Below, one piece after another: positions 13,401 through 24,450 of a DNA stretch of 64,000 nt. Each line of letters begins with the position of its first letter. Position 1 is the stretch's first letter. Below the pieces are notes generated by a model. That model had not been told where the DNA came from and did no database searches. It worked only from the letters and a program-made list of their open reading frames with translations. The DNA comes from Pavona decussata (lineage: Eukaryota). Both the position numbers and the translations under genes were made by a program. The stretch lies in the NCBI GenBank assembly GCA_977016875.1, contig CDRNST010000306.1:124001-188000 (forward strand), in the 5' to 3' direction.

Positions 13401-14201
13401 TTTATTTCAAAAGCAAACAAAAGAGTTGGCCTTGATCACCGATACATTTTGATCAGGACACAAATGTTAACAATATTTCAGTCTAAATGTAATAAAAGGC
13501 AGGTTATGCAGTGAATTGCGCAATTTTACCGAGTCACGTAGTTCAGCTTGTCTCTGTCGCATTCGAAAATTAGTCGTGCATAATTGACAATGTAAACTGA
13601 GCCGCGTAGTAACGTAATATTTTCGCGTGCAAAGACGCATCCATTGATTCTGTAGGAAATACATAATTGTTTTTGGCCAGATACAAACCTACTAACACGT
13701 TTAATAGGAAAATTAGGAGCATGAATGGATTGGTCGCTTGAGTTTGAAGGAAAGTTGAAGAACTTAGGTGAATATACTGAGAAGTTTAGAACATGTCAAT
13801 TGAGGCATGGCATCTAGTAGATCTACTCCTTTCCAAAGGTGAAATTGGGCTTCATTCTATATAGGGGAATAATGAGGTATAGAGAGTACTAAATGGTATT
13901 TCAGTACGATCAATGACACTTCAATTGCATGTTTTAAAGCTGCAAATCTTAGCATTTGGAAGCTACTCGACACTCGGGCAATGTCAGACGGCCAGTCCAT
14001 TGCTAGCAACTGCTAGTGGAGTCACGCGCTGCTGGATCTGGTATTTTAATCACATAGGACATATTTTAAAGGTAAAAATGTTAGAAAAAAGGAAGCCGAA
14101 ACGATAAAAAACAACTTGATCTGTATTCACTGGTTAGAAGGCCATTCATGGAATTAACGTTAGTCTATAATTAGCTAAACTCTTCGTTGGCATTGTTGCG
14201 G

Positions 14202-14298
14202 ATACAGTTGACTATAAAAAAAGCGAAAAAACTCAACGACGTTTCGGTGTCATCCTGGCACCTTTATCAAGAATGCATATTTTTATAGTCAACTGTAT
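14202..14298 (-). mobile_element. Penelope-like pLTR remnant with hammerhead-like motif
   Basis: A perfect 19-bp inverted repeat (atacagttgactataaaaa) flanks a minus-strand cttgataaa-ggtg-loop-cacc-gaaacgtcg motif, a degenerate CUGANGA...GAAA hammerhead-type core. Confidence 0.5.
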
Positions 14299-15958
14299 TT
14301 CTAAATTTAATCTTATTGTTGTGGATCAATCGAATATTTAATTTTCGCTGTTTTTTCTGGAAGTATAACCAACTAGTTGGACCTTCGTGACTTATGCCGC
14401 GATATTGATCTTATCCCTGGTGGTTGTCGTTGTTAAAATTTATCAAGGCTTATTGCCATATATCGTGTCCTCGTCAGTCGTGCAGGTCAAGAGCATTCAA
14501 AAGTTCCTTTTGGTGACTCTTACTGAGATATTAAGAATTTTAGAAGTGTTCTTGAATGTTCGGATGTTTGTGGGCAGGAGATAAAATGACAATTTTATCC
14601 AGTAGGATATCGTGAGATTTAAAGCGAAAAAAAAAAAAGAACAATAAATAAATGGAAGAGGCCGACAAAAACAGGGGTTTGGATTCGGTCTGATACGTTT
14701 CCTCTCTCCTAATTAGAAATCATAACCATCCCAAAGATCAAACAAGAAAGTTAAATTCCATACAAATATGGCTGAAAAAAAGTCCCGACCTCAGTGAAGG
14801 AGAAAACAGTAAAAAGAAAAACATCTTTTTAAAAATTCCTAGTCATTTGCTGTTCCCGAGAGTCGCCGCTGATAGGTTAAATCAATTTACATGCAGATGG
14901 AAATGAATTGAAGTGATGAAGTTTTGATATCATCATGAATCATCAAATAATCACCTTATGGCTTAAAATGCCCCAGGCTATTTAAACTATGGATTCTGGA
15001 ACATGTGAAAGCAAACCTAAGTGTCAGCATGTTATCTTGCCATGGCCGATCCAGACCTTCAGTTAAGTGGGGGGCGAGCTCCCTCGGCCTTAGTCTAAAA
15101 GATAAGGGAGGTGAGCCTCCGCTACAATAGGTCCTCCACTGCCTCGCAGACAATAAACCCTTTCACACAAACGAGAGCTATTTTGAGCTAGTTTAGACAT
15201 GACTCCATCTCAGTCCATAATCTGTGAAAACTTAAGAACTAGGAATCTTTTTCTTTTTTTTACACATTTCTTTTAACCTTCAAACTAGCGACATTTACAA
15301 TTTGTAATGAGCTAAGTGTATGTGACCACATTAATAAAGGTTACTTACTAACTTATTTATTATTTAAACATATTTAAAAATAACTGTTTGCCCCAAGAGC
15401 TCAATGAGCTTACACATTAGCTCTAATTACAACACATAATATTTAATTGAGACAGGCGGTTAGAATCTCTTATAAGATGCTGAACGCGGCAGGAAATTTC
15501 AATGTTTTCATTGTTTCTCAAAAAAGAAGAGCCAAATAAAAAGAATTCAACTTTTCGTGAAAGTTACGAGTGGAGAATTAAGCTCAACTTTTTAAGAATT
15601 GAGGACTGAGCATTATATCAGATCTGCTGGAAAATGAGACTTCAGGTCGGTGTTGAAAATTTCTCGTTCATTTGTCTAGCTCAGGTTACCGGGAAATACT
15701 GGGAAACAAACGGACCTCTGGAAGTGATTTATACAGCAATACTATCTTTCAACCGATGTTAATTGCATACAAAATAGCGTCCACATCAAATAAAATTAGG
15801 TGTAAATATTGGCCGAACTACTTGTCACCATGAAATGTTTGGAATGGCAAGCAATACATCCTCTATAAAACACTTCAACTGGTTTCTACCTGGAAAAAGC
15901 GAGTGGGTTTAGCACCACGAACAACGGTAACAAGGTAATGAGGTAAAAGAGATTTCAG

Positions 15959-15990
15959 AGCTGACGTTTCAAGTGTCAGCCCTTCGTCAC
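15959..15990 (-). ncRNA. Degenerate minimal hammerhead-like motif (PLE/retrozyme-type repeat)
   Basis: The minus strand reads gtgacgaagggctgacacttgaaacgtcagct, a variant of the ctgacgaagggctaacgctcgaaacgtcagct repeat. The first core C is replaced by G, so it is probably inactive. Confidence 0.5.
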
Positions 15991-16366
15991 TGAGAACTAA
16001 GCAAGGAATGGTTTATGTGGAGCTGCGCTATTGGTGGGAGCAAAGTAATGAGGAATTAGTCGAATGAAAAGCGTTCGTTGATTCCGTGGGGACAGAGAAG
16101 TGCCAATTTGGAAGATGAATTTTTGCGGCTTTCTGTGTTACCATGATGTAAATATATGCTACAGACTGCCACATGTTTGTACGAATGGTTAGGCAGGTTA
16201 AAGAGTAAGTGACTGGTTGATATGTAACCGTTGGATGCATCTTTGTCATTTCTTTCAAAGTCTCGAAGATGCATGTACTAAGCCCGAATAACAACCGAAG
16301 AAAATGTCAGCAATTAATATTGGCATTTGAGTGATTCGTTCTTCTTCCTTTGTTTACTTCCATAGA

Positions 16367-17263
16367 ATGAACGTATCAAGCACGGAGAACAAGGAAGAGG
16401 GATGGAGACCAAGTACTTCAAATCATGAGATCGTCCTATGGTGCACAGCATTTACCATCACATCTATTGCGGTACTCTGCGCAAACGCACTAGCTATCGT
16501 TGTGTTTACAGTAAAAAGGTTATTGCGCAAGAACAGTAATGTCCTTCTGTTAAATTTGGCCTGCGCTGACCTAATGATCGGCGGCATTGCGATGCCTTTA
16601 TACATTTGTATCTTCTACAAGTCTCTTAGAGGCTATCATTGGCACAACAGGGTCGCAAATGAAATCTACGTTTGCGTGGATATTTTTGCCGGGCTGTCAT
16701 CAATGTTTATTTTGGCAGTTATTGCTTTGGAAAGAGTATACTCTGTCTTCCTTCCCTTCAAACATAGAAGCACATCCAGACGAATCTATTGGTCATCGGT
16801 CGCTCTTGCGTGGATCATGGCCGGATGTCTTGCTTGTGTAAAGCTTTTAACCTACAGAGGAATATTGCCTCTATCATATGACAACAACGTCATCTTAACG
16901 TTCGTTTCTCTCGCCCTGGTCACCATAACTGTCGCCTACGCGTTTATTTGGACAAGAATCCACTCTCGTAGAAAGAAAACCAATGTTATCGTGGATGAGA
17001 CGTCAGTTGTACAAACAATGTTAATAGTCACCGTTACATTTTTATTAATGTGGCTTCCTATTTTTTTGCTTAACGTGGTTGGAAGTTTTGATCATCGAGC
17101 ACTGCTCAAGGTACCTCCAAATGTCGTATATTTTGCAAAATTAATGCAATATTGTAACTCTGGGGTCAATCCCATTATATATTCCTTAAAGATACCGGAA
17201 TTCGGAAAAGCTTTGAGAAGACTGGGGCGTAAGAGTTCGACAAGGATTGTGAGGACAGAATAA
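16367..17263 (+). CDS. Class A GPCR 2, paralog of GPCR 1
   Basis: 7TM with NLACAD, D3.32, LERV, WLP and NPIIY. ATG at 16367 (MNVSS) directly follows a pyrimidine tract and AG acceptor (16364-16365). Confidence 0.95.
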   Translation: MNVSSTENKEEGWRPSTSNHEIVLWCTAFTITSIAVLCANALAIVVFTVKRLLRKNSNVLLLNLACADLMIGGIAMPLYICIFYKSLRGYHWHNRVANEIYVCVDIFAGLSSMFILAVIALERVYSVFLPFKHRSTSRRIYWSSVALAWIMAGCLACVKLLTYRGILPLSYDNNVILTFVSLALVTITVAYAFIWTRIHSRRKKTNVIVDETSVVQTMLIVTVTFLLMWLPIFLLNVVGSFDHRALLKVPPNVVYFAKLMQYCNSGVNPIIYSLKIPEFGKALRRLGRKSSTRIVRTE

Positions 17264-17471
17264 TTATATTTTTATCATGTAAATATTTTTTCCCTTAAGG
17301 AACTATCTATTATTCTGTCCATTGTTATAAGCACAGATGTAAAAAACGTACAGTGTTCTGTTAGGAAAATACGTATATACTCATATTGAAAAGCAACGAT
17401 TAATTTATGTGTACCTTGCGCATGCGGGTTTAGGTCCCAATGCATGCATAGATGTTCTCCCAAGAGACCTG

Positions 17472-17620
17472 GCCCCGGTTGTTCAAAAAGAGCGGATAAC
17501 TATATCCAGCGGATAAGTCGCTATCCTGCGGATAAATAAGTATTGGTTGGAGTACATTTTATTCACTGGATAGCGATTTATCCGCTGGATAATGTCATCC
17601 ACTCTTCGAACAACCAGGGC
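17472..17620. mobile_element. PIF/Harbinger-type MITE with CTG target duplication
   Basis: TIRs gccccggttgttc / gaacaaccagggc, internal tatcc/ggata subrepeats, and CTG on both sides (17469-17471, 17621-17623). Confidence 0.85.
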
Positions 17621-18669
17621 CTGGAAAATAAATCTTGAATGTTTACTTGGAATGCACAAAAATGCAATGTTAAAAATTTTAAATAAAGTAAATGCTCATT
17701 TAAGCTCCACACCCCCACCTCCCGCTCTGTTAAGCCCGCGTTTGAAGACCTTGTTCGTTATTACCAACCCCTCCCACACCGTCACCGTCACCGTCTCGTC
17801 CCAATGGTGCAACCCCCCCCCCCCCCAAAAAAAGAGGAATATTTCGTGTACCAATGCCCAAAACATCATTTAATTTGTATATAGGAAAATTTGGTCTTTA
17901 CTCTGGTCACAGAGGTTTTCTTTCTTCTTTTTGCTCAAACACAATTGAGCCCCGAAGCGGCGACAACGAAGTCAGGTGGATTCTTCCCGCCCCGACTTCA
18001 AACGAATTTGATGTTACTATGGCAACTAATTTTTAACAGGTTCCCAGACAATGGAAGATTCCTGTTATTAATGTACAAAAATTAAATTTCTTTCTGTAAA
18101 TTTTATGTTTTTATATCATTTGCGTGTTTTCTTTTCATTTTGCTTTTGGTGGTTTTCTGTTGTTTTGGGGAAATCAAGAAATCCAAGATGGCCGCTATTT
18201 TTGAAATCTTGCGCAATTCCACGTCATATGACGTCATCGCGATCCGCTGGGGACCTCAAAGGAAACATCTTTGAACGTACTATCCATCCTCCAAGTCTCA
18301 TTGTCATTCCTCGCGAAGCGAGGGCCGAAGGCCCGAGCGTAGCGAGGTTAATAAATTTGTCGGGCCGAAGGCCAGCGCTCGGGAGCCAAGCCGCGCGAAT
18401 TCGAGCGGAAAATATATTTATATATATATATATTTTTTTTTGAAGATGTCCGTTCTGTTGCCTGGCAACAGTGCGCAAACAAAGTATGAATGACGTCAGA
18501 CAAAGGGTGGCGTAAGACGCAATTCGTAGTTGCTATGCAACACAACCGGGTTCAACCGGTCAAAAGTGGCCAGGACTGGTAACTATAAAACCAAACCGCT
18601 GCCTCACAATGGCGCACTCTCATGTTTATTCATTGAGGGCCGAACGTGTTATTCATCACGGAGTAAAAA

Positions 18670-21600
18670 ATGTTTAGTATTGGTGAAACACTACCAAATT
18701 GTGATGCAAATGGACCACAGGAGGACGCACAAGGGACAAGACATATTCGCCGAGGGAGATTAAACAACGAAACTCCTGAACAACGTGAAAGGCGACTTCA
18801 GATTCAGCGCGAGCAGCGAAGGAGAAGGAGACATCAGGAAACCACAGAACAAAGACAACATCGCTTGGCTCAGCAAAGACAGCGCCGTCAGGAAGAAACA
18901 GGGGAGCAGAGGAACCGGAGATTGGAATATCACAGGCAGTACAACCAAGGTAGGCGTGCATTAGAAACTGTAGAAGATAGACAGTTTAGGTTAGATTTAA
19001 CTCGTGCTCGCTTGAATAACGAAACCCCCGCGGCACGTGAGCTTCGATTACATCGAATTCGAAGTAACCAGGCACAGCGACGGATTAATGAGACTGAACA
19101 GGAACGAGATTTACGATTACAAACGCTTCGGACAAACCAGGCACAACGACTGATTAATGAGACTGAACAGGAACGACATTTACGATTACAAACGCTTCGG
19201 ACAAACCAGGCACAACGACTAATTAATGAGACTGAACAGGAACGCGATTTGCGATTACAAACGCTTCGGACAAACCAGTCCATACGAATACAAGCAGAAA
19301 GTGAACAGCAAAGACATGACAGATTACAAATCGCTCGTGACAACACTGCTCGTAGAATAGAAGTTGAAACGAATGAGGAACGACAAAACAGACTCCAATT
19401 GCTTCAACAAAATGGTGCTATGTACAGAGAGAACGAGAGGCTACAGCATGTAGAAGATCAAATTAATCGCGATAGTTATATTTCCAACGGGTGGAGAAAT
19501 GCAGAACAGCCTTTACACGAACAACAATGGGTTCAAACTGAGATGGCAAATTTCCATCGTGCAATGAACAAATTAGAACACCGACAATGTGTAACCTGTA
19601 AGGAAGCTTGGCCAACAAACAATGGTTTAACACTTCAGATTTTCGAATGCCTTAGATGTAAGCGTGATAAGGGAAATCCCAAATTATTCTCCAAGGAAAA
19701 TGACATGGATCCGGGTTGCTTACCAACAGCATTACAAGGCTTAACTGACATTGAGGAAATGCTTATCGCAAGAGCTTGCCCAATTATGTGTGTTTATCGG
19801 AAACATGGTGGACAAAGGGGTTATAAGGGACATGTTTTAAATCTTCCCCAAGACATTCAGGGTTTTCTCTCTAGACTTCCTCCTAATGTTGCACAACTAC
19901 CGTACCTGATAATTCGAAAACATGGAGCTGACAACACACACAGAGATTGTAGAGTTAGAAGACAGAAGGTTCTTGAGGCAATCACATGGCTGAAGGATAA
20001 CAATCCTTTTTATACTGACATTCAAATTGACTATGAAGCTCTCCACCGCTTACCCATCGATGGAGTTCCGTCAGATCTCCCTACAGCTGAGGATCCACAG
20101 CCAAATGCACAGGAACACGCTGCCGAAGAAGACACATCTCAAAACAATGATGATGGCGAAGATTCTCAGCATAGTCATTCCTTCCTCCCACTTCCTCAAG
20201 CTCAACAGTCAGAACAGGATGCAATAAGGGCTTTAATCAATGGAGAAGATCCATTAGACTGGCCATCCAATGATGGTGATCCTATCAATGAATTCCGTAC
20301 AGAGGGTTTAGCTACTATGGCATTTCCAACTCTTTTCCCTTATGGAAAAGGGGATCCCACTAAGAAAACACGCCTTCGAGAAGTTTCTTTAACGGAAGGC
20401 TTCAAACACCTTATTAAGTATGTAGACTGTTCTACAACAGGAACCTTTTCCTGGCGCTTTGCATCACACCCTCGATTTCCATATTGGGCACTCAACATGA
20501 AACAACGCCATCAACTGTTGTCCCAAGCTCGCATCTATCTCACACAAAATCCAGAAGACTCCAATTTAACAATCGAGGAACTTCGTCAAATGGTAGGACA
20601 GATGTCAGCCAACCAGCTCATGAATCGCCTTCAACGTTACGTTGCCAAGATTCAAGGGACAAAGCAGTACTGGTATCAGCGCTACCAGGAACTTAAAGCA
20701 CTCATTACACAAAAAGGGGCTCCCACCTTTTTCTTCACTTTCAGTGCAGCTGACAACTACTGGCCAGATTTACACCGACTGCTACAGGAGCCAAACAATG
20801 CAACACCTTCCATTCGTATTAAAGCTGTCATAGACAATCCACACTTGACAGATTCTTACTTCGTTTCCAGACTGGATGAATTTTCTAACATTTGGCTAGA
20901 TCGAGTATTGCACACAGAATGGAAGTGGTATCGTTTCGAGTGGCAGGCGCGAGGCAGTATTCATGCACATGGCTGTGCAAAGCTTACAAATGATCCAGGC
21001 CTTTGCAACCTCGTAAACACAGCTGTGCAAGGGTGGAAACTAGAGCGAATTCTGCAACTGCAAATGGAACAACCAACCTATGAACAGATGGCAGCTGACT
21101 TTCAACCCCAAATTGAAGCAGGACATCAAGCAACAACAACTGTTATAAAATATGCAGACTGGTTAGTAACCACAATTAATGAGGCCATTCCCCAGGAAAA
21201 CTGGGTTGTCCCTTCCCCACATCCATCATCTTTACTAATTCAAAATGTGCAAAATTTCAATGATGACTACCAAGCCCTTGTCAATTCAGTTGAACGTCAC
21301 ACAAAATGCAGTACAGCATACTGCCTTCGGAAGAAACCTGGACAAGAAGCAGAATGCCGCTTTAATTTCCCAAAGGACTGTCAAGAAGAAACATCACTTG
21401 ACTTCCAACTGATAAGAAAAGCTGGCAGCGATGACCAGGAACTAACAGTTGAAGAAGTCACCCAAGCTCGAGTTAAAGTAACCCTAACTACTAAACGCAA
21501 TGATAGTCGTATTAACTCCCACAACCGAGTAATGCTACAGCACTGGAGAGCCAATGTTGACCTTCAAGCCATCGTTGACACTGACCAATGCATTCGCTAC

Positions 21601-23967
21601 ATGGCTAAGTATGCTACTAAAGGTGAACCAAGATCCCAGTCAGCCACTGAAATCCTGAGTCTTTGTGTAAACAAGCTTCGGGACACAGACATAGCGACAA
21701 CTGCATTGCGAAGTGCAATGATCCAAGTTGTTGGAGAGCGTGACATAGGATCACAAGAAACCGCTCACCTGCTTCTTGGGAAACCCTTGTATTCATCAAC
21801 ATTCTCGTTTCTATGTGTGTCATTAGATGGTAGTCGAAGAGTTCGGACAGGGCAGGACGAAAATGACAATCAAGGCGATGAAGCATTAGATCCTTCAGTA
21901 CTTGATGCTTATGCTGCTCGAGCTAACTGGCAAGAACAGACCCCAAATATTCTTGATCTCAACTTGGTTCAATTTGCCTCAGCTTACTATGTGTCGAAAG
22001 GAGAGCTCAAACGTCGTAAACAAGAAGTAATCATTCGAACATTTCCCAATTTTTCCTCCAATCCATCCGGACAGAACTATGGAAAGTACTGTAAATATCA
22101 GCTGATTAAATACAAACCATGGTCTGGTGAAGTTAATACTGCTTGGAATGGACTTCAAGACTCAGATGACATTCACATACAATGTTACCATGCATTTCTT
22201 ACATTGGACAACGCTGGAGATTACATGCCCATGTTAGCGCAAGAGCAACAACAAGCTCGACGTTACACTGAGGAAGAACAAGACGATGATGATGACGAAG
22301 ATGATGAACCACAGCATGAAGAAGAACCGGAAGAGTGGATGCTCCTGTGTCGCTTAAATCAACAATTTGACCAAAGTGTCTCACAAGAAAACCCAACTCA
22401 GCAAAACTTCCACTTTGACTGGACGACAGCAGGAAGGACAATGCCTCCTGGTTTAGTTCGTGAATCTGCAAATTGGATCACAAAAAGGAGAAATGAAGCA
22501 CGCGAAGACCCAACTGTTGTACACAGGAGACAACACCAGCCTGTTAATCTAGAACAACTAAATGTAGATCAGCGCCTTGCTTACAACATAGTTGCTATGC
22601 ATCATGAAGCTCTCAACAGTGAGGCACCAAATGACCCTCTTCGCATGATAATTACAGGAACAGCAGGATCAGGCAAGTCATTTTTAATCAATGCATTAAT
22701 GACCGTTCTAGGAGATAAGTGTAAGCTGACAGGGACCACTGGAATTGCTGGATACAACATTCAGGGTTGCACATTACACTCTGCGTTGCAGCTGCCAGTG
22801 CGTAACCACAACAATTCTGACTTACAAGGACAAGCACTACAACGTTTGCAACTTCGCTTCACTGGCAAGCATTACCTTATTACTGATGAGATGTCTATGC
22901 TCGGACAGAGGACATTGGCTTGGGTCGATAAGCGTCTGCGCCAGGCTACAGGTAAGCTTAATGAACCACTTGGAGGAATTTCAATGATCTTGCTTGGAGA
23001 TTTCGCACAATTGCCACCTGTTGGAGACAAGCCTATTTTTGCAACATCACCCAGTTCAATTCTAGGTCAACATGGTTTTTCAATATATACTCTTTTCGAA
23101 ACAGTGGTGATGCTAAGGCAAAACATTAGACAGGCAGGAAATAATCCACAGGCTGAAGTTTTCCGAGAACTTCTTATGCGTATGCGAAATGGCCAAAGCA
23201 CGCAATGCGACTGGCAAAAACTTTGCGAACGTACACCACAGCACATCAACATGGACAACTTCAAAGATGCGCCACGGTTATTTTTCGACAAGGCAAGTGT
23301 AGCAAACTACAATTATGAGAAACTTAGCAACCTGGCAACACCAGTTGCTCGCATCTCTGCTGTTCATTCAGGCAGAAATGCAAAGGCTGCTACATCAGAT
23401 GATGCTGGAGGTCTTGAGGCTGTCACATTTCTTGCAAGAGGAGCAGCTGTAATGCTAACATGTAACCTTTGGCAGGAAGTTGGATTGTGTAATGGTGCAT
23501 CAGGGGTTGTACACGACCTCATCTTCCATCCTGAGCGCCCTCCCCCCTGTTTACCTATTGCAGCACTGGTGGATTTTCAGCACTACACAGGACCACCTTT
23601 CCTGCATACACACCCTCAGGTTGTCCCCATACCACCACACTTATTTGAATGGGAAACTGAAGGCCAACGATTGTCAAGACAGCAACTGCCACTTCGTTTA
23701 AGCTATGCAATGACCATTCACAAGTCGCAAGGCCAAACATTATCTACAGCGGTTATTGACTTAGGAAAAGCAGAAAGAGCTGCAGGATGTAGTTTTGTGG
23801 CACTCTCTAGAGTACGCTCTTTAGATAATGTAGTTCTCCAGCCATTGTCCTTTCAAAGACTCCAGGCGATAGCTAAAAGCAAGCAATTACAACAAAGGCT
23901 AAGAGAAGAGGAACGATTACAACAACTGGCTGATATCACCGCACGTCAATATCAGAACCGCGATTAA
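18670..23967 (+). CDS. RepHel transposase: STPR-like repeats, CxxC-CxxC, HUH/Y2 Rep and PIF1-family SF1B helicase
   Basis: Uninterrupted 1765-aa ORF. Rep motif I PTFFFTFS, motif II RFEWQARGSIHAH (His codons ~20962-20970) and motif III YMAKYATK (21598-21621). Helicase Walker A GTAGSGKS (22657-22680), Walker B LITDEMSM, GDFAQLPPV, TIHKSQGQT and VALSRV. Confidence 0.95.
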   Translation: MFSIGETLPNCDANGPQEDAQGTRHIRRGRLNNETPEQRERRLQIQREQRRRRRHQETTEQRQHRLAQQRQRRQEETGEQRNRRLEYHRQYNQGRRALETVEDRQFRLDLTRARLNNETPAARELRLHRIRSNQAQRRINETEQERDLRLQTLRTNQAQRLINETEQERHLRLQTLRTNQAQRLINETEQERDLRLQTLRTNQSIRIQAESEQQRHDRLQIARDNTARRIEVETNEERQNRLQLLQQNGAMYRENERLQHVEDQINRDSYISNGWRNAEQPLHEQQWVQTEMANFHRAMNKLEHRQCVTCKEAWPTNNGLTLQIFECLRCKRDKGNPKLFSKENDMDPGCLPTALQGLTDIEEMLIARACPIMCVYRKHGGQRGYKGHVLNLPQDIQGFLSRLPPNVAQLPYLIIRKHGADNTHRDCRVRRQKVLEAITWLKDNNPFYTDIQIDYEALHRLPIDGVPSDLPTAEDPQPNAQEHAAEEDTSQNNDDGEDSQHSHSFLPLPQAQQSEQDAIRALINGEDPLDWPSNDGDPINEFRTEGLATMAFPTLFPYGKGDPTKKTRLREVSLTEGFKHLIKYVDCSTTGTFSWRFASHPRFPYWALNMKQRHQLLSQARIYLTQNPEDSNLTIEELRQMVGQMSANQLMNRLQRYVAKIQGTKQYWYQRYQELKALITQKGAPTFFFTFSAADNYWPDLHRLLQEPNNATPSIRIKAVIDNPHLTDSYFVSRLDEFSNIWLDRVLHTEWKWYRFEWQARGSIHAHGCAKLTNDPGLCNLVNTAVQGWKLERILQLQMEQPTYEQMAADFQPQIEAGHQATTTVIKYADWLVTTINEAIPQENWVVPSPHPSSLLIQNVQNFNDDYQALVNSVERHTKCSTAYCLRKKPGQEAECRFNFPKDCQEETSLDFQLIRKAGSDDQELTVEEVTQARVKVTLTTKRNDSRINSHNRVMLQHWRANVDLQAIVDTDQCIRYMAKYATKGEPRSQSATEILSLCVNKLRDTDIATTALRSAMIQVVGERDIGSQETAHLLLGKPLYSSTFSFLCVSLDGSRRVRTGQDENDNQGDEALDPSVLDAYAARANWQEQTPNILDLNLVQFASAYYVSKGELKRRKQEVIIRTFPNFSSNPSGQNYGKYCKYQLIKYKPWSGEVNTAWNGLQDSDDIHIQCYHAFLTLDNAGDYMPMLAQEQQQARRYTEEEQDDDDDEDDEPQHEEEPEEWMLLCRLNQQFDQSVSQENPTQQNFHFDWTTAGRTMPPGLVRESANWITKRRNEAREDPTVVHRRQHQPVNLEQLNVDQRLAYNIVAMHHEALNSEAPNDPLRMIITGTAGSGKSFLINALMTVLGDKCKLTGTTGIAGYNIQGCTLHSALQLPVRNHNNSDLQGQALQRLQLRFTGKHYLITDEMSMLGQRTLAWVDKRLRQATGKLNEPLGGISMILLGDFAQLPPVGDKPIFATSPSSILGQHGFSIYTLFETVVMLRQNIRQAGNNPQAEVFRELLMRMRNGQSTQCDWQKLCERTPQHINMDNFKDAPRLFFDKASVANYNYEKLSNLATPVARISAVHSGRNAKAATSDDAGGLEAVTFLARGAAVMLTCNLWQEVGLCNGASGVVHDLIFHPERPPPCLPIAALVDFQHYTGPPFLHTHPQVVPIPPHLFEWETEGQRLSRQQLPLRLSYAMTIHKSQGQTLSTAVIDLGKAERAAGCSFVALSRVRSLDNVVLQPLSFQRLQAIAKSKQLQQRLREEERLQQLADITARQYQNRD
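18769..19434 (+). repeat. Coding tandem array of ~10 E-T-x3-R-x2-R-L units (19-23 aa), including three near-identical 69-bp units
   Basis: attaatgagactgaacaggaacg recurs at 19084, 19153 and 19222 (69-bp period). Unit: ETEQERDLRLQTLRTNQAQRLIN. Confidence 0.9.
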
Positions 23968-24450
23968 TATTTCACATATTTTACAAATGAAGCCTCATCT
24001 TAAAATCTCATATAGGCAGTCTCTAAATGCTACATATTTTTTTCTTCTTAAGGTAAGTCATTACAAGTAAAGTGCACTTTTCAAATTTTTTTATTCCAGC
24101 ATAAAATTTATTTCATACATTTTAGTTCAGCTAGTGTTGCCAGTATAGATGTAGCATAAACATAAATCTTAACATTCTAACCTCTTCTGCAAGGTAAGTG
24201 ACAACAACATTGCAGTTCAATGTCAAAACATAACTTTTGTCATTTAGTACTTTTTGCTCAATATCAAAATTATATATCCAGGCTACAGTAAAAACAACTT
24301 CATTACTGAATAGTCATGAGGTGAGACTCACGGGAATGCACTTTTTTGACAAAAAAAATAGTAATATCTTATCCATTCAATTTTCCCTCAGTCTTGCCTC
24401 GCAACTATTCACTGAGCACTCATAACAAAGAGAAAATTACATCACTGTTA

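Noticed and set aside
19066-19278. CRISPR-like array
   Set aside because: Contiguous in-frame 69-bp coding repeats without unique spacers; eukaryotic context and no cas genes.
18674-23740. Short alternative-frame and antisense ORFs overlapping RepHel and the GPCRs
   Set aside because: Shadows of the real coding frames with no independent motifs.
18670-23967. Cellular PIF1 helicase gene or endogenous ssDNA virus
   Set aside because: The helicase is fused to a HUH/Y2 Rep and bounded by transposon-like termini. It is SF1 rather than SF3, and there is no capsid ORF.
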